Numbered from the whole stretch's first letter, positions 13,104-26,778 are shown. The stretch is DNA of 60,774 nucleotides, filler included, from Sphacelaria rigidula (GCA_964200075.2; 8 parts of 8 records of this genome joined end to end with filler, not necessarily neighbours in it), one strand, 5' to 3'. The notes: a model not told the origin generated them from the sequence alone. Translations and numbers: made by a program.

Positions 13104-13417
13104 GAATATCGTTCTCAACCGGTATTCTGTACTCGGGACGTTGGTGGAAATCAGTGGGGCCGACATATTATGTACAGCATAGTTGATGCTGTGTTTTATG
13201 CACCAAAACAATGATGGCAAAGGGGTTGTGTGGTGGCGAGACAGTTTGACATGTCGGTACGTCCACCGATATTGATGGGAGATTGCGGGACACTTGTCGA
13301 AATATTGAGATGTCATGCCGCCGAAATGACGGGGTATGCCGATATATTTTGAAGGAGGTTGCCGACGCATTTTGCCGAACTTAGCGGATGAGATTGTGCG
13401 GTAGTAACATAATGATA

Positions 13418-14130
13418 ATAACGTGCCGGCAGTGGTAGTCGGGTAATTTTACGAATACGCCGTCGAGGACGTCGGGTGTTTGTGAAATTCAACGTATCAA
13501 AAGTCTGCACCAGAAAAGGGGTATACCTCACGTTCTCAACGTATCAAATTAACAATTTCGCCAATTCACCAATAACACCGAACGTATAGCGCCAGAGAGG
13601 TAGTCGGGTAAAATCTGTCCGAAATAGGAGGAAAAATGTACCAATTCGCCGACGAGGACGTCGGGTATCGGTGAAAATCGACGTATCAAAATTTGCACCA
13701 TCAAAGAGATGAACTTACGCTGGTAACGCATCAAGTTATGATTTTTACAATTTCGCCGATCACACCGAACGTACCGGCAGCGGTAGTCGGGTAATATCTG
13801 CCGGAAATAAGAGGAAAAATTCACCAATTCGCCGTGAAAAAATTACCAATACGTCGACGAGGACGTCGGGTATCGGTGAAAGTCGACGTATCAAAATCTG
13901 CACCATCAAAGAGGTAAATCTTACGTTGTCAACGTATCAAATTATGAGTTTTAAAATTTCGTCGATCATACCTAACGTACCGGCAGCGGTAGTCGGGTGA
14001 TATCGGCCGGAAATAAGAGGGGAAAATTCACCAGTTCACTGTCGAGGACGTCGGGTGTTCGTGAAATGCAACGTATCAAAATCTGAAACATGAAATATAT
14101 AAATCTTGGGGTTAAATCTGCCGGGTAAAA
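13418..14130. repeat. Degenerate tandem repeat, ~190-bp unit, about 4 copies
   Basis: Marker gaggacgtcgggt at 13465, 13654, 13859 and 14044 (periods 189, 205, 185), with similarity across the whole unit. Confidence 0.85.
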
Positions 14131-15989
14131 TAATGGTAGATTCGCCGATTTACACGATGAGCACGAACGGGGAGGATGCAGACATCCCAACACCCTTGGA
14201 ATAGTGATGGAGGCGCAAAGCGATGAGGTATCACAAATTAGGGTTGGCGGCGGGAGATGGCCGTAGGGAATTATGGTTAAAGACGACGGACAGGGCGATA
14301 AGCTCTGAAAAAGCTAGGAGGCCGACGGTATGTGCTCATAATGTCTACCATACTACCTTTGGGTCCCACCTTGGAAATATCAGTGCATTAGGTCCGTTAC
14401 CTCTGAAGGTGCAGGGTACAAGGTCGGCGAGAGTGGGCGAGAGTGGGCGAGGTTTTGACGTACGTCTGAGAAACGCCAGTAGGATTTTTTGGAACATCAG
14501 CTTAATTCAAAAATAGATTTTTCAGGACGAGGGGACGACAATAATAAAGTCATAACAAACGTGAGATGATAATAAATCCAAAACCCAGACATGTAAGTAA
14601 CAGCGTGAAGGTTGACCACCTTACATGCAAATCGAAAGTACGGAAGTTATAACCAGTACGGATAGGATAGGGTCATCACCCCTCCATGTCAAATTCATAT
14701 TAAGGTTGGGGTCTCGTGGTGAGATATCCATAAAATCTTACCGGTTTCCAGTAGGCGGTGGAAGTCTGGTCGGCCATTTCCACAAATTTCCGATACTGGG
14801 TGCAAAAGGCGCCCAATGAAGGGAAGGGGTGGATGGTGCTCGACATAAATGTCAAGACCTACTGCACTTATGAAACAAATACCTTACCGATGACCGACCA
14901 CATGACCTGCGAGAAGGAGCACCAAACGGTACGTAGACCTCCTAGAGATCTTCAAGGATAAAAGCTGGTACAAAGTGTGGGGGACTCGTTGGCCAAGCTT
15001 TCGACAGCGAACGTCTACTCGGAAGCATCAGTGGAGTAGCGGCCCGTGGTGAATCGTACACGGAGGGGAAATAATGATGTACGGGACATCCCGATGTGAG
15101 TAAGACCTTGTGTTATGCAANNNNNNNNNNNNNNNNNNNNNNNNNNNNNNNNNNNNNNNNNNNNTTAATTAATTAANNNNNNNNNNNNNNNNNNNNNNNN
15201 NNNNNNNNNNNNNNNNNNNNATACCTGTCTCCCTCTCTCTGTCGTCCCGACGTGCACACCGTATCAACACCTGGGTGTGTGGGGCTTGACCAATTCATCG
15301 CGGAACAAAATCCCATCTCTTCGTGCTCAAATAAGGCTCATTATTAGTCGACGCTTTTTATTCGGGAATCCCTGAAATTTTTGGCGTTTTCAGATCCGGC
15401 GTTCAACGTTCTTCGAAAATGAAGCGGCTTGAGCTTTTCTCCAGAGCTTCACGTCAAGAGAAGTTTGAACACATCGGACAACAGCGCAACAATTCGCAGC
15501 GCTACCCTGTGAGCACGCCGTGGAGCTCACAAGCGTGCGAGAGTAATCAGTAACCTTGCTAGTGATGCCCTGGGCCATGTCGTAGAGTAAACAGCACCGT
15601 GGTTGATGGTATCCATACCTATACGGTGTGTGCGTCGGCAGCGGTGGTGGAGCTATTGGAGTCAAGCACGTAGATCCAATTCCAGTGGGTGTATCTGAAC
15701 ATATAAACATCCCTCCTGATCTGATACCTGAAACCCCTCTTACAAAAACAAAACGAGAGTGCAGGGAGGAAATTCGGCCTTTCGAGCAGAAACCCCCTTC
15801 GCACATACTCCCATGCCTGTGCTAGCGTTTTTTGTAGACGCCCAGGCCAGGGTACATTCACGGTACTCCGGAAAACGCCCTACAAACCCCATGCCCCACA
15901 AAGTAGCGTGAGCGGCATCACTCGACATACGAACAAATGCACTACGGGAACCATGACCTGAAATGTCTACAGCTGAAAAATCGACAGAC

Positions 15990-18900
15990 GGACATCACCA
16001 AAACCTAATGCGCCTATATGCTGTCACCCATGTTCATCGAGGCGCGCCGATGCTCCTTGAGCAACATGACTGGGAGCAGCTTCGTCAGAAGATCAGCGTG
16101 ATGCCACTCTGAATCTACATGCATCATCAGGATTACTATTGTCTTGACCGAGTGCGGAATATAATGTAATCTTGTATCTATGTGCATGCTGCACCTGAAC
16201 TAAGATGGCTTGGCAGCCAGAACACTAGCCCCCTCGTTGCCCTCGTGAAGAACATCATTTCACTCTGCCGCATGTCCCAAAACAACCCTTGATCGTAAGA
16301 AAGACAGGACTATCCCAGCAATCATGCATTCCCCCGTGCCTTCTTCAATTGCCACGTACCCGGCTTAGGTAGTGGATAAGGTAAGACAGTGTTACGTACG
16401 ACTGGTACCAGACACCACCACTGCTCCACACGTTACCGCTATACCTAAAACCGATCACCTGTCCATCTCTTTCTTCGCATAATCAGCATCGCAGTACACC
16501 GGAGCACACTCTCTCCAGACTTGAACGTCAAAACCGCAGATCTTAGCCCTCTTCAGGTATGCCATTACATTTAGGATCGACTTCATCTCAGTGCCTCTCG
16601 CATGAATCGAGTGACTAGCAGGCTAGAACCCGGACTACATTGGCTATATCGGTTCTAGTCATACCTGCCAGTCACACCGAGCCTCCTACGCCACTACAGT
16701 ACGGACGATTTACCACATAGTCTTCCTGCGTCACCGGTTTTTAGTCTACAGAAACTGAAGCGAGGATATCTGAAAAACTAGTAACCTCCAACGCTTCAAC
16801 AGGGTATCCATGAGTAGACAGCGAACCTTCCCCGCTGTTTCTCTATTTTGCGCACCCGATGTACCACTCGACCTCACCAAGGTTGTTGGGAACTCTCTTA
16901 TTGATAATCTCACGCATCCTCTCCACTTTTTCTGTGTGACCTCTGACTAAAATATCGTTTATATCCACGCCTAGAATAACCTGTGCAAGTCCCCCGCTTC
17001 CTCTTTCTTAAACACCCAAGGATCAGCTTGACTTTGTATCATCCCTGCGTCCTTCATCAGTGTTTCGCTCGGGAGTAGGAACCACTGCTTCCCTGCCTGC
17101 TTTGACTCCATACATCGTATCGGGTCTTACCGCGCTTCCGATCAGGGGGTCACACCCTTCTAGGAGCTCTATGTGCACATTTGTGTCCATTTTTGCTCGT
17201 ACAAAAGCCTGGATGGCATCAAGGTGATACAGTTCCTATCCCACCTGCACTACAGCGACCATGGCCAACCTTTTTGATGTCATGGCTGGAGTAGCTCCAA
17301 ACGCCTTGGAATAGCCTACATGAAATATCTGTCCGACATCGCTTGCGACGAATCTTTCCTTCGGTTGGTGATCCGTCCATCAGCGTCGACGCTTCCGGGT
17401 AAACACGCCCTCTTTGCTTCCGCCGAGCCCCAATCATGGATGAGATCTTGAACAGTGCTCTGAAAAATCACTCTGCTTTCCCCGCTCCGGCAAGGAGACA
17501 GTGAAGTCATTCCAGCCCCCCCCCTCTCGCGGGCTCCATCTCGAAAGGGATGCGTGGTCAATAGTCAAACGACTAAGGTCAGCAACAAATGAGTACGCCC
17601 CCCCCCCCCCCCCCTTCGCGGCGCGACTTCCCCTCCCCTTCGGAGTTGTGTAGCGAGAACGACACATGGCGGGAACCGCGTGTTGAAGTGCCCACGGCTG
17701 TGATTCGCTTCGCGGACTCGCTGTTGACCGGCCTACCTTTGACGTGGTCATCCCTCGCTTAGCCGGGCGTCGGGACCGCTTGTGCTCTGGTGTGGGTCGA
17801 CCTTGGGATGGGTCATCAGTCTTTCCCCTCCAAGCATCCACGGCAAGGTCTCATCTGGCCACGTAACTCCATCCCGAGCTGCTTTGCGGGTTTGTGCAGT
17901 AGGTCCTCATGTGCTTGAGCGTGAGGACAGTGAAAATCGTTCATATCAACGATCTAGAGGTTAGGTGATGTCCCCCGGGCAATCATAGCGCATGCCGACC
18001 CATGCTCGTCATCACTCCCTAGATCTAGTTGGTGAGCGTGTATTATCAGGAGGTTATGATTACCGGGTATGTTCATGGTATTGCCTGACTTCAACCCAAC
18101 GCGAAAGCCGTCACGTGATCTAATGTAGGTGTGGCCTGCAGAAGAGATCCTAGTCGGTTAGAAACGATGTTGACGAACGCCTGGTGCATGATCTTCGTGT
18201 TTTACATGGAGCACCACATGACGACCGTCGGATCTGAAAGTGAGAGTCAAATTACCTCGACTAACAATCGGGTAAGTACCACCGCCCGCACACCGCAGTA
18301 CCGTATCCCTGCATTCTCGGTACTCCATCATCGTACTAGAATGTGGTGAAACATGCTGGGTTGCCCCCGCGTCAAACACCCACGGTTCGCCCCCATCTCG
18401 CTGCTTTACACCCTCCGTATCAACAGCAAACGCACACTGACCTGTGGTATCTTCGGTGGTCTTCGTCATGTCAATGCTGGTGAAAGCCGTCTTCTCAGCA
18501 TCTGAAGACATCGTCGCTCACCGACCCCCCCGCCGAAACCACATATTCTCCAAACTGCGGGGAGTGGAATATCTTGTGGCGTTTTTTCCGCACTTGCAAC
18601 AGCACCTGTTCGGACAATCTCTCGACCGATGCATCATCTTCTGACACATGTGACAGTCAGTGCCACGTTGTCGTAACCTTCGATTGACTATGCGACGGTG
18701 GAGTCGACGACTGGCTGCTTCTGTGCTCGCCCCCGCCGCCACCGCGACCTGGGCCCTGGCTGTTTTCCGGTGAAATGCGTGAGAGGATCGCGTGCTTAGA
18801 GGACCGCGCCGTAGTTCAAAATACCTCAGGATCGACGTTTTTCGAAGCTAATCGGGTCAGTCCCTGCAGGTACCATGCCCCTGACCCTAACCCCAACACC

Positions 18901-20098
18901 AACCCTAACCCTAACCCTAACCCTAACCATAGGGGTGTTGAAATTCCGATGCGGTCCTCTAAGCACGCGGTCCTCTCACGCATTACACCGGTCTCTCTGC
19001 CGACGTGAACCGTCGAGTGTGCCAGGTTGGCCCTTGACAGCAAGGGTCTGGTCGCCTGAGGGATACTTATTTCCCTTGGCGAGTTCCTGCTTGAAAACTG
19101 TCGATTCGAAACGTTTTCGAATCGATCCCACCACGATTTAACTCGTGAGTGGGTCCTCATGGTCCTCCGGCATTCGCTTCTGGAAGTGGTTGTACTAGAC
19201 AGGAAGGACATTTACAAATTCCAAGAGGGCTTGCGCTTCCGTTAGGTTGATGTGGTCAGTAAACGATCTTAACTGCCAGGTCACTTTTTACATCTCGATT
19301 AGCATCTGAATCGGGTCATCACGATCGCCACTCTTCACACGCTCATATCTCTCTAACAGTGCTTATCTAGCCCCGAAAGTCTTGGGGCTGGAGAACTATT
19401 CCAGTTCGCACCACACAGCTGCAAGAGATGGGATTCGGAACAGAATATCCTGGCCCCTTTTGTTGTCTAGACTCGACACGAACATCTGGTCTACCTCAAA
19501 TGTTAGTAGCTAATACGTCCCGCCTGTTCCTTGCTTCCAAGAAAGGCACTGACAGGTCCGTGTTTCCCACCTCCACGTCATTAGAACTATCATTAGCCAT
19601 GGTGAAACCGCGTTCAATGCCTTCGCTCTTCGCGAAACGGTTGAGCTCGTGTTTGTAGTAGGGAAATGGTGAAATCCTCCCGGACACCTTGGGTGAAGTC
19701 GCCTTGAAAATTGGTACGTCAACAACGTGTTGAGCAGTTGGTCGACCGTGAACGTACATAGCGACTGACTCAGTTGCGGGGTCTATACTCCTAGCTCCGT
19801 CACTTCCAGCCCTGTAATCGCTCCCAGGTGGAACACCCTGCTCGCTTTCGCGTTAGCGCGGGCGGACTCCTGCCGAGCCGGTTCCGACTGAGCTATCAGC
19901 CAAGTGTGGATCTTGTGCCGCTAGGGATCCCCCTCCAGGGAACCCTTCACTCTCGATGACGCCACTCCGCCCTACGCCCCCGGACTGGTGGGCATCTTCG
20001 ACGCCATCTACTCTACTCTTTGGTACTGTGTGCTTTGCCTGCACGCCCTTATCAAGATCAGTGAGTGCAATAAACTCAGTGCTGAAATTGCTCACCAT
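15990..20098 (-). mobile_element. Decayed Ty1/Copia LTR retrotransposon internal region (gag-protease-RT-RNase H; integrase not recognisable; LTRs not found)
   Basis: Gag from 20098 with in-frame stops and a zinc knuckle CHMCQKMMHRSRDC (~18600). Protease WVFDAGATQHV (~18370). RT remnants DAIQAFVRAK, QSQADPWVF, GVDINDIL (~16950-17220). RNase H YCDADYA, HIDTR, HADLLTK (~16080-16500). Many frameshifts. Confidence 0.9.
18767..18991. mobile_element. 225-bp TIR element carrying an internal (CCCTAA)n tract, inserted in the Copia gag
   Basis: 41-bp TIRs at 18767-18807 and 18951-18991 (39/41 match). Telomere-type repeats at ~18879-18928. Confidence 0.85.
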
Positions 20099-20210
20099 GG
20101 TGTTGAGCGCTCACGTCTACCCTCTATACATGAAAAGTAGCAGCTATATTATTCCCAGCTATTTTAGCCCGGTAAATTGAACACTAGTCTTTTCGTTGGA
20201 CCTGGTACAG

Positions 20211-20351
20211 GGAAGATGGTATATCGGTCATCAGAGAGCACCCAAATATAATGTTATACCTCGGGAGAGTGTGGTGGAGGAGACGAAGCTGATGAGTGAT
20301 TGGGGCGGGGCCATGGGGACGCGCGGCTACTGCACGGTCCCACATTTGCAC
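20211..20351 (+). CDS. Putative exon of an unknown protein (likely same gene as 22082-22301)
   Basis: CAG acceptor, GTATGT donor, 47 open codons GRWYIGHQRAPKYNVIPRESVVEETKLMSDWGGAMGTRGYCTVPHLH, phase 0-0. Confidence 0.4.
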
Positions 20352-21117
20352 GTATGTGACTGTCAGGACTCGGCCGCCACCCCGATCCTCTGTTTGATGT
20401 GGATCGGATCCTACTGGGTATTTCGGAACAAAATGAACATAAAGACCCCGCCAAATCGTCCTTACGTGAGCTGCTGGAAAATATTTTGGCGTCAACCGCT
20501 TTCTCTATCAAAGATATACCGAAGTGAGAGTTCGGGAACCGCGGAATGTACGGCATATGCTCTGAATGAGAGCACTGTGCGCGAGACGAGAGGGGTTAGT
20601 CAAGACTGGCGCCTGGTTTACCGCCCGTCCAAGGCTGCAGTGGCGCGTTCTATTTTCGCTCTGAAACAAGGTCTAATGCCAGAGGGTGGGGTAAAACTAA
20701 GACATCGGCTTTGCTCTGGCTGTCTTTCGTATTGTGGTATTTCGTTCTGTTCTCTTTTGGTCTTGTACGGTCCCCTTACGGTAAATCTTTGCGGGATGGG
20801 CACGCCAGCGGTTTTGTTTTCTGGGGACCGGTACCAGACGTCGCAACACTGAACAAATAATTCCGCCTTACCCTACTGCAGTCGAAGAAGTAAGTCCATG
20901 GCTAGAAGTACGCGCAGAGTTGAAGATTGGAATGCATGACGCGGCACAGCGACGCATCCTTATCTCTTCCTTCGCCCGAACGACAAACAGCCAATCATCG
21001 AAATTGTGGGCGAATCTCTTCATTGAAGATGATGACCCGGGAAACATATACCTTCGTATTCAAACCAATTCTCCGAAATGTTTGATCGATTGATGGATTG
21101 TCTCATATTAAACAAAA

Positions 21118-21405
21118 AATTCGTGAGATTGAGAGTTGGGTGCGGATTGAGAGTGGCTTTGATCATTCGCTTCGAATTGGCCAATTTTTCATTCCGTGCG
21201 TGCTTTTCGCCGTCTTATCACTGTCATGTGCTTACAACTACACGTTGATATCCTAATCAGGGGTATCGAGGGCCTCAGTGGCGAGCTACTACAGAGAGAA
21301 TATTGGGCCTGGTGGAGGTGCATTTCGGAACTGAAATGGCTTATTCACTGATTGACCGCTTTTAACTCTCAATCGTACCTTTAACTCTCAATTTAATGAA
21401 AACGT
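21118..21405. mobile_element. ~290-bp MITE family; other copies at 21558-21848 (opposite orientation) and 59170-59463
   Basis: TIR-like ends ttttcgtgagattgagagt / actctcaatctcacgaaaa and a shared interior (tcagggg.tatc..gggcctcagtggc.agc.actaca). Confidence 0.75.
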
Positions 21406-22081
21406 TCTTACTGGTTGATTGCAACAATCCAGCCCGTGGTCAGGAGCAGCAGAAAAAAGCAGAATGAAAAATAAATAAAGGAAGATAAAAATGCATATTT
21501 TTACTCGTATTCCTTTACTCACTAGTTATTATTATTAGTAGTAGCTACTATACATAATGTTTTGGTGAGATTGAGAGTAGAGGATACGATTGAGAGTGAA
21601 GAGCGATCGATTAGATGATGGATCGTTTCAGTTTCGAAATAACCCTCCACAAGGCCCGATATGCTTCTTGTAGTGGCTTGCCACTGAGGCCCTTGATACC
21701 CCTGAGTAGGATATCGACGTGTAGCTGTAGGCACATGCTAGTAATAAAGGAAATGAGAAGCACACACGGGATGACAGAATGGCCAAGTTGAGATGAATGA
21801 CCCAAGCCACCCTCAATCAGCGCTCTACTCTCAATCTCACGAAAACACCCATCATATTGGCCATTATCACACGCCCAAACTAGACGGAGGGGCACATGCA
21901 GCACCAAGTGATTTTGACTTGCTGTATAGTGGACTGTTGCCGCGAAACATACCTTGGAACAGTCTGAGCTATGCTGGCGCCACCTCGACTAGCTGATCCC
22001 ATCGTTCAACGACGGGTTGAACACGAGCACGCTTCCCTTTGGCTATCTGATTTCATTCCATCCCCTTCATGTAATCTGCAG

Positions 22082-22301
22082 GAAGTTGTCATTCAAGAAC
22101 AGTACTGGTGGCCGGGTGCAGAAGATACTTTCGACAGGGCAGGCCAGCGATGGGCCGGAATATTGGCGTGCATCCTCGCCGCGTGTATGTTGATCTGGTC
22201 CTTCAACACGCGGTGCATGAAATGGACAGCTCCCGTCGCCATCGCATTTCCCTTGGTCGTTTTCTTCGTCAGCCTGTACATGTTTCTTCACGACCGGCAG
22301 G
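22082..22301 (+). CDS. Exon of an unknown membrane protein (two hydrophobic segments)
   Basis: CTGCAG acceptor, GTGAGT donor. Reads EVVIQEQYWWPGAEDTFDRAGQRWAGILACILAACMLIWSF...VAIAFPLVVFFVSLYMFLHDRQ. A phase-compatible next exon is possible at 22589-22647. Confidence 0.6.
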
Positions 22302-24393
22302 GTGAGTACTGACGGTTTGATTTGCCGATGTAGGGCATTGCACGGGAGGGGGTTACGGTATGCTGCAATGCGAGCAGAGGTAGCATCACTTGGGCAGGTT
22401 AGAACCTAGTGAAAACAATGCCTCGGACGTTGACGTTGCTGTTGCTCACGTGACTCACGTGACTCACGTGCAAGGCTCATAGTTTTCTTCCCTTTTTTTC
22501 TACCTTATGCAACGTTTTTTGCGCACCGAGCATCTAGTTTTCATGCAACACAATCATGCGAATGCTGATACCATGGCGGCGGCAATAGAGGTCTCCCGTC
22601 TGCGACGTCAAGCGATGCTACTTCGTGACTGGTCCAATGTGATCAGGGTGACAGTTGCGATGGATGCCCTACTTTGCTTGCTAGGCTACATAGATTGTGA
22701 ACTGGCTGTGACAGTGATTAGGGGGGGCGNNNNNNNNNNNNNNNNNNNNNNNNNNNNNNNNNNNNNNNNNNNNTTAATTAATTAANNNNNNNNNNNNNNN
22801 NNNNNNNNNNNNNNNNNNNNNNNNNNNNNTGTGACAGCGTTACAGTTTGATATATTGTATCTGCATTGACAACGGAAAACGACGGCCGCTAAAAGGCAGC
22901 GTGAGCGCTCAGATAGATTGCTCGCAAGTTTCAGTTTTATACGTGGTTGAGCGGGAGGGATCGTGGAACATTTTCTTGCTTGCATGTACAGAATGCAAAA
23001 GCCGACCGAGGATGCTCCCCCTTTCCCAACTCTGACGACCACGATCTCCCGCCTGGCCAGCAGGGGTTCGTGGAGAGGACAAGCTCACCGTTGCAGCCCC
23101 ATGCGCGTTGCTTGTGTGAGTATCATTTTTTTGTGCGCGTTCTGTACAGTTGGCTGCGGAGGGTAGGGTGAAGATTTCCTCAGACCTTTGACACAAAATT
23201 AAAACACCACCCAACCCTACCTGCACGCATCACATGCCGCACGTGCACCCCCACTAAAAACGCCACGCCGCTCAGTTGTTCCACAACATCCCTGTGTATT
23301 GACCACACGCACGGGCTACTGTTGGTTCGACAATGACTACTCTACTCTACTCTACTCTACTCAACTCTACTGTGCTGTGCTGTTTAAGTTTTGCTGTCCT
23401 GAGACAGCAATTCCCACTGCCCGCGGTCTATACAGATATCCCTCAAGTGCGGCAAATGCGTGGCGATGACCTTTTCTACGTAAGCGTTGTCTGTCCACCG
23501 AAAACTAGTCCGAACCCCCGACGAAAAAGAGTAGGAAGAGGACATCCAACTGATGCATGGGCACCTAAATGGTTGGCGAATATACAGGAAGTTGAACAAC
23601 TCGAGAGTGGGGACGCATTGGATATCCACACTAGCCACCTTCCTATTTTCTCAACGATCCCATGATCTTTTATTTCAAAGTCACAGTCTATGGACTCGAG
23701 TTGCGGAATAATCTGTATGGTGGAAAATAAGCAATATTTCACATAATATCTAAAACCAATTAATATCGGCCTCAAGAGACAGAATCAAAATGATGCTTTG
23801 TGTGTGTGTGTGTTTCAGCTAATAACTCCGAAACTGGTTCCAGAGAGACCTCGGTAAGGTGTTCTTGCTTTGCCCCCTTGGACCAGCTAGTAGTCGGTGG
23901 TATCGACTAGCAGTCTGCAATGGACGAAAACCGTGGACGTTACCCTCCTCGACGGCTATTTCGTTTGCCGAACCATGAAACCCGCCTAATTCCAACTTCA
24001 CCAGTGTGCTCTTTACAGCATGGTTTGAGTTATCGTGTGTTAAAGGTAGGACCTTTTGTGAACCTTGCGACATGCGCACTCAGAAAATCAACGAGAGTTG
24101 CCTGCCTGACCGTGAACGTACCCCTGGGATACGTAAACTGTAGACGTGGAAGTCGTACAAAGTGCTAGCCGGCTGACGCGCCCGCTTCTTTGCTATTGCT
24201 TGTGGGTCACCATTGCATCCATTCGGGATAACCCCGCTGGCTCCAACCTTCAAGTGTACTCATAGTCCGCCACTTACGACAACTAGAGCTCGGGCTACGT
24301 ATCCGTTGAAAAATTCCCCAAAGGTGGTGTGTGATGTGATTCCAACCCCACGAAATTTGACCAACCGTGCTTTCCCTGCCCCGAAATGTACAG

Positions 24394-24546
24394 CTATGGC
24401 CGTTCTACTGCCACGAGCAAACGACGGGACCCTATACTCGGTCGACTGATCATGGTGCGGTACAATGCCGTACAATACGAGGAGCAACGCAGGAAGTGAA
24501 GCTCTTTCCCCACGCGATGGATATTTTGCGCTGCCTACGGGAGCAG
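24394..24546 (+). CDS. MDP1: Magnesium-dependent phosphatase 1 (HAD subfamily IIIC), exon
   Basis: CAG/GT boundaries. LWPFYCHEQTTGPY...EVKLFPHAMDILRCLREQ matches the MDP-1 segment after DLDxT. The DxD exon was not found in this scaffold. Confidence 0.8.
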
Positions 24547-24951
24547 GTGATCGATTTGTGACTGGGAGAGTTGGCACCTACCGAGCACACGACGACCGGG
24601 GTGCAGAGGTGTACTGTATGCAGAAGGAAACTGTAGCCACCCTTTTGGAGTTTCGCCCGATACCCCTAGTTGCGACGTACGGCAGCTTCGGCATGTTCAG
24701 CTGCAATTTTCACGACCGAGCATGATTTTTCTCCGCACTTCGATGCAACCAGAAGGGGGTTGCGTCGTATCAGGTGATGGATGCCAAGGTGCCTAAGATG
24801 CGTGTATCATCACATGCCGTATGCCGAGAGCTGGAAAAAGGGGGTCACTGTGGCCGAAGCTCCACTGTACATGTTGCTGTTGGCCCGCGTCTACTCCACC
24901 GCCGATGTAAGCCTGCTTGTTGCGTTCGCACGTGTACATTTCGTATGCTAG

Positions 24952-25086
24952 GACTCCATTCGCTTGGCTGTGGCTAGCCGGTCGCCCCTAGAGGCGGCAG
25001 GCAAAGGGATTCTGAAAGCCCTGGACTTGCTGCCGCTGTTTTGCCATCTCGAGATACACAGAGGGAGCAAAGCGACACACTTCGAG
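24952..25086 (+). CDS. MDP1: Magnesium-dependent phosphatase 1, exon
   Basis: TAG/GT boundaries. DSIRLAVASRSPLEAAGKGILKALDLLPLFCHLEIHRGSKATHFE carries the ASR and EIxxGSKxTHF motifs. Confidence 0.85.
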
Positions 25087-26778
25087 GTGTGTGAAGAGCT
25101 AGGGTACTCGCGTGTGGTCGGTCAACACTTGACACTGGAAAGCACATAAGCATCTTTGAATGCAGTGTGGATATTCCTAATAGCTTCTACATTCGAAGAG
25201 ATCGCCACAGATTATTTCTCCCATGACCTCGGGCTGATATATGTCAACAGAGTGTCTCCATCTCCGTATCTGAGTATACGCTGCACTTATTACTGTAGTA
25301 GGAACAGCATTGGCACCGATAAACATTGGTTCATGTATGTATACCGGACCAATATATTGCCACCCCTACGAATATCATTTCCCACTGAGCGTACGCATGT
25401 AATGGTAATTTACCGACGAATCTTGTATGTTTTTGTCCGTACTTTATTCCTGTTTTTTTATCGTCGCGCCCCAATGGTGAGACTGATAAATTTGCACGGG
25501 TTTACGCGAATTTGTGGGCTCGAGTCTCGATTGTAGGAGACTTTTTTCTGTTTTCGTCGTGCCGTAACTATAGGATGCGAGTTGGTGGAATGATTGAATG
25601 CACTTCGGCAGGCTACCGGAGTGATGATCCAATTCATAGTAATAGTAAAGTGCAAGCTGGCTGCAAGTGCTGAGGGAGAGGTAGGTTGATTGCCTGAGAG
25701 GACGGCGTCGTCCGGCGGAAGGGGGTAGTGTTGAGTCGAATACGACAAAAAGTAAGTGAAAACGAAAGCTGCTGCTGGCCACAGCGGGAGCAGCGCACCC
25801 CAAGCGGAGCACAAAACATCATGGGTATGGTCAACCCTCCCAGTACTGAGAGAATGTCCATCAGCAGCGGCACTTGTGACAGCAAATCCGATTGCTCTCC
25901 TTTTCCCGCCCTTTTCGCGGAGAAGTTGAGGTTGTGTGTGCAAGACGCTGCCCTTGGCAAATGCTGTCCTTGGATAGTCAGTACTGAGCTCGGGTTTGGC
26001 GAGATATTGAACCAAAATACTAGTTTATGCGGCCTGCTGCGCCCCCCCCCACACTAGCCGAGGGGGGCACCAGCGGGAGGGAGGGTATTTCAGGCATGGA
26101 CTTACGCCCTCGCCTGGCGGGTAAACACGCCACGGCACTATTAATGCGAGATGGCAAGATATTGGTGGCGTCTTGGTACATTGCCTGCGCCGATTTTCCC
26201 ACATAAGTTATGCGTAGGTTGATCCCAACAAAAGAGATGGAAAAAAAAAAAAAATCCACGCTTAGGGTACGCTGCATAACCCGAATGGTAGCAAAGCATA
26301 GCACCATTATATTATCTGCAACCGCACAACCACACCGGAGTGGGCCATGCGCTCTGGTCGTTAATGTGGGCACTTTCATCACTTCGCACTACGCAAGCAC
26401 AGCAATACCGCCTGCTGGTGGCGCTCGAGAGAGAGTTATGCACGAAAGGCAATATACCTGGGTTTTCCTCGATGGTCCTGAAATTGAAATCGGAGCACGC
26501 GTTGCTATCATCAAAGTGAGAACAATGACGACACCTCTTTCGAGAACCAACTCGGCGTCGTTCGGAAGTTATCGCCAAAGAACAAATGTACCGACGGAAG
26601 ATTATACGATAACGACGAGATTTCGAAGCTCTCGGGAATGTAAGTATCTTTGACTGTTACTCGAGGTTTGCAAGTTCGAAACCTGGCCTTTCAAGAAGAG
26701 GCGGGTCGACCATTCATATGGGTCCATTTCCGCCGTTCTAATCACGGCAGGCTGGTCTCAACACTCCGGACAACCAAG

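Noticed and set aside
13418-14130. CRISPR-like repeat-spacer array (also considered for 46269-46814, 50217-50413, 60077-60456)
   Set aside because: Whole units are similar with no unique spacers, there are no cas genes, and the context is eukaryotic.
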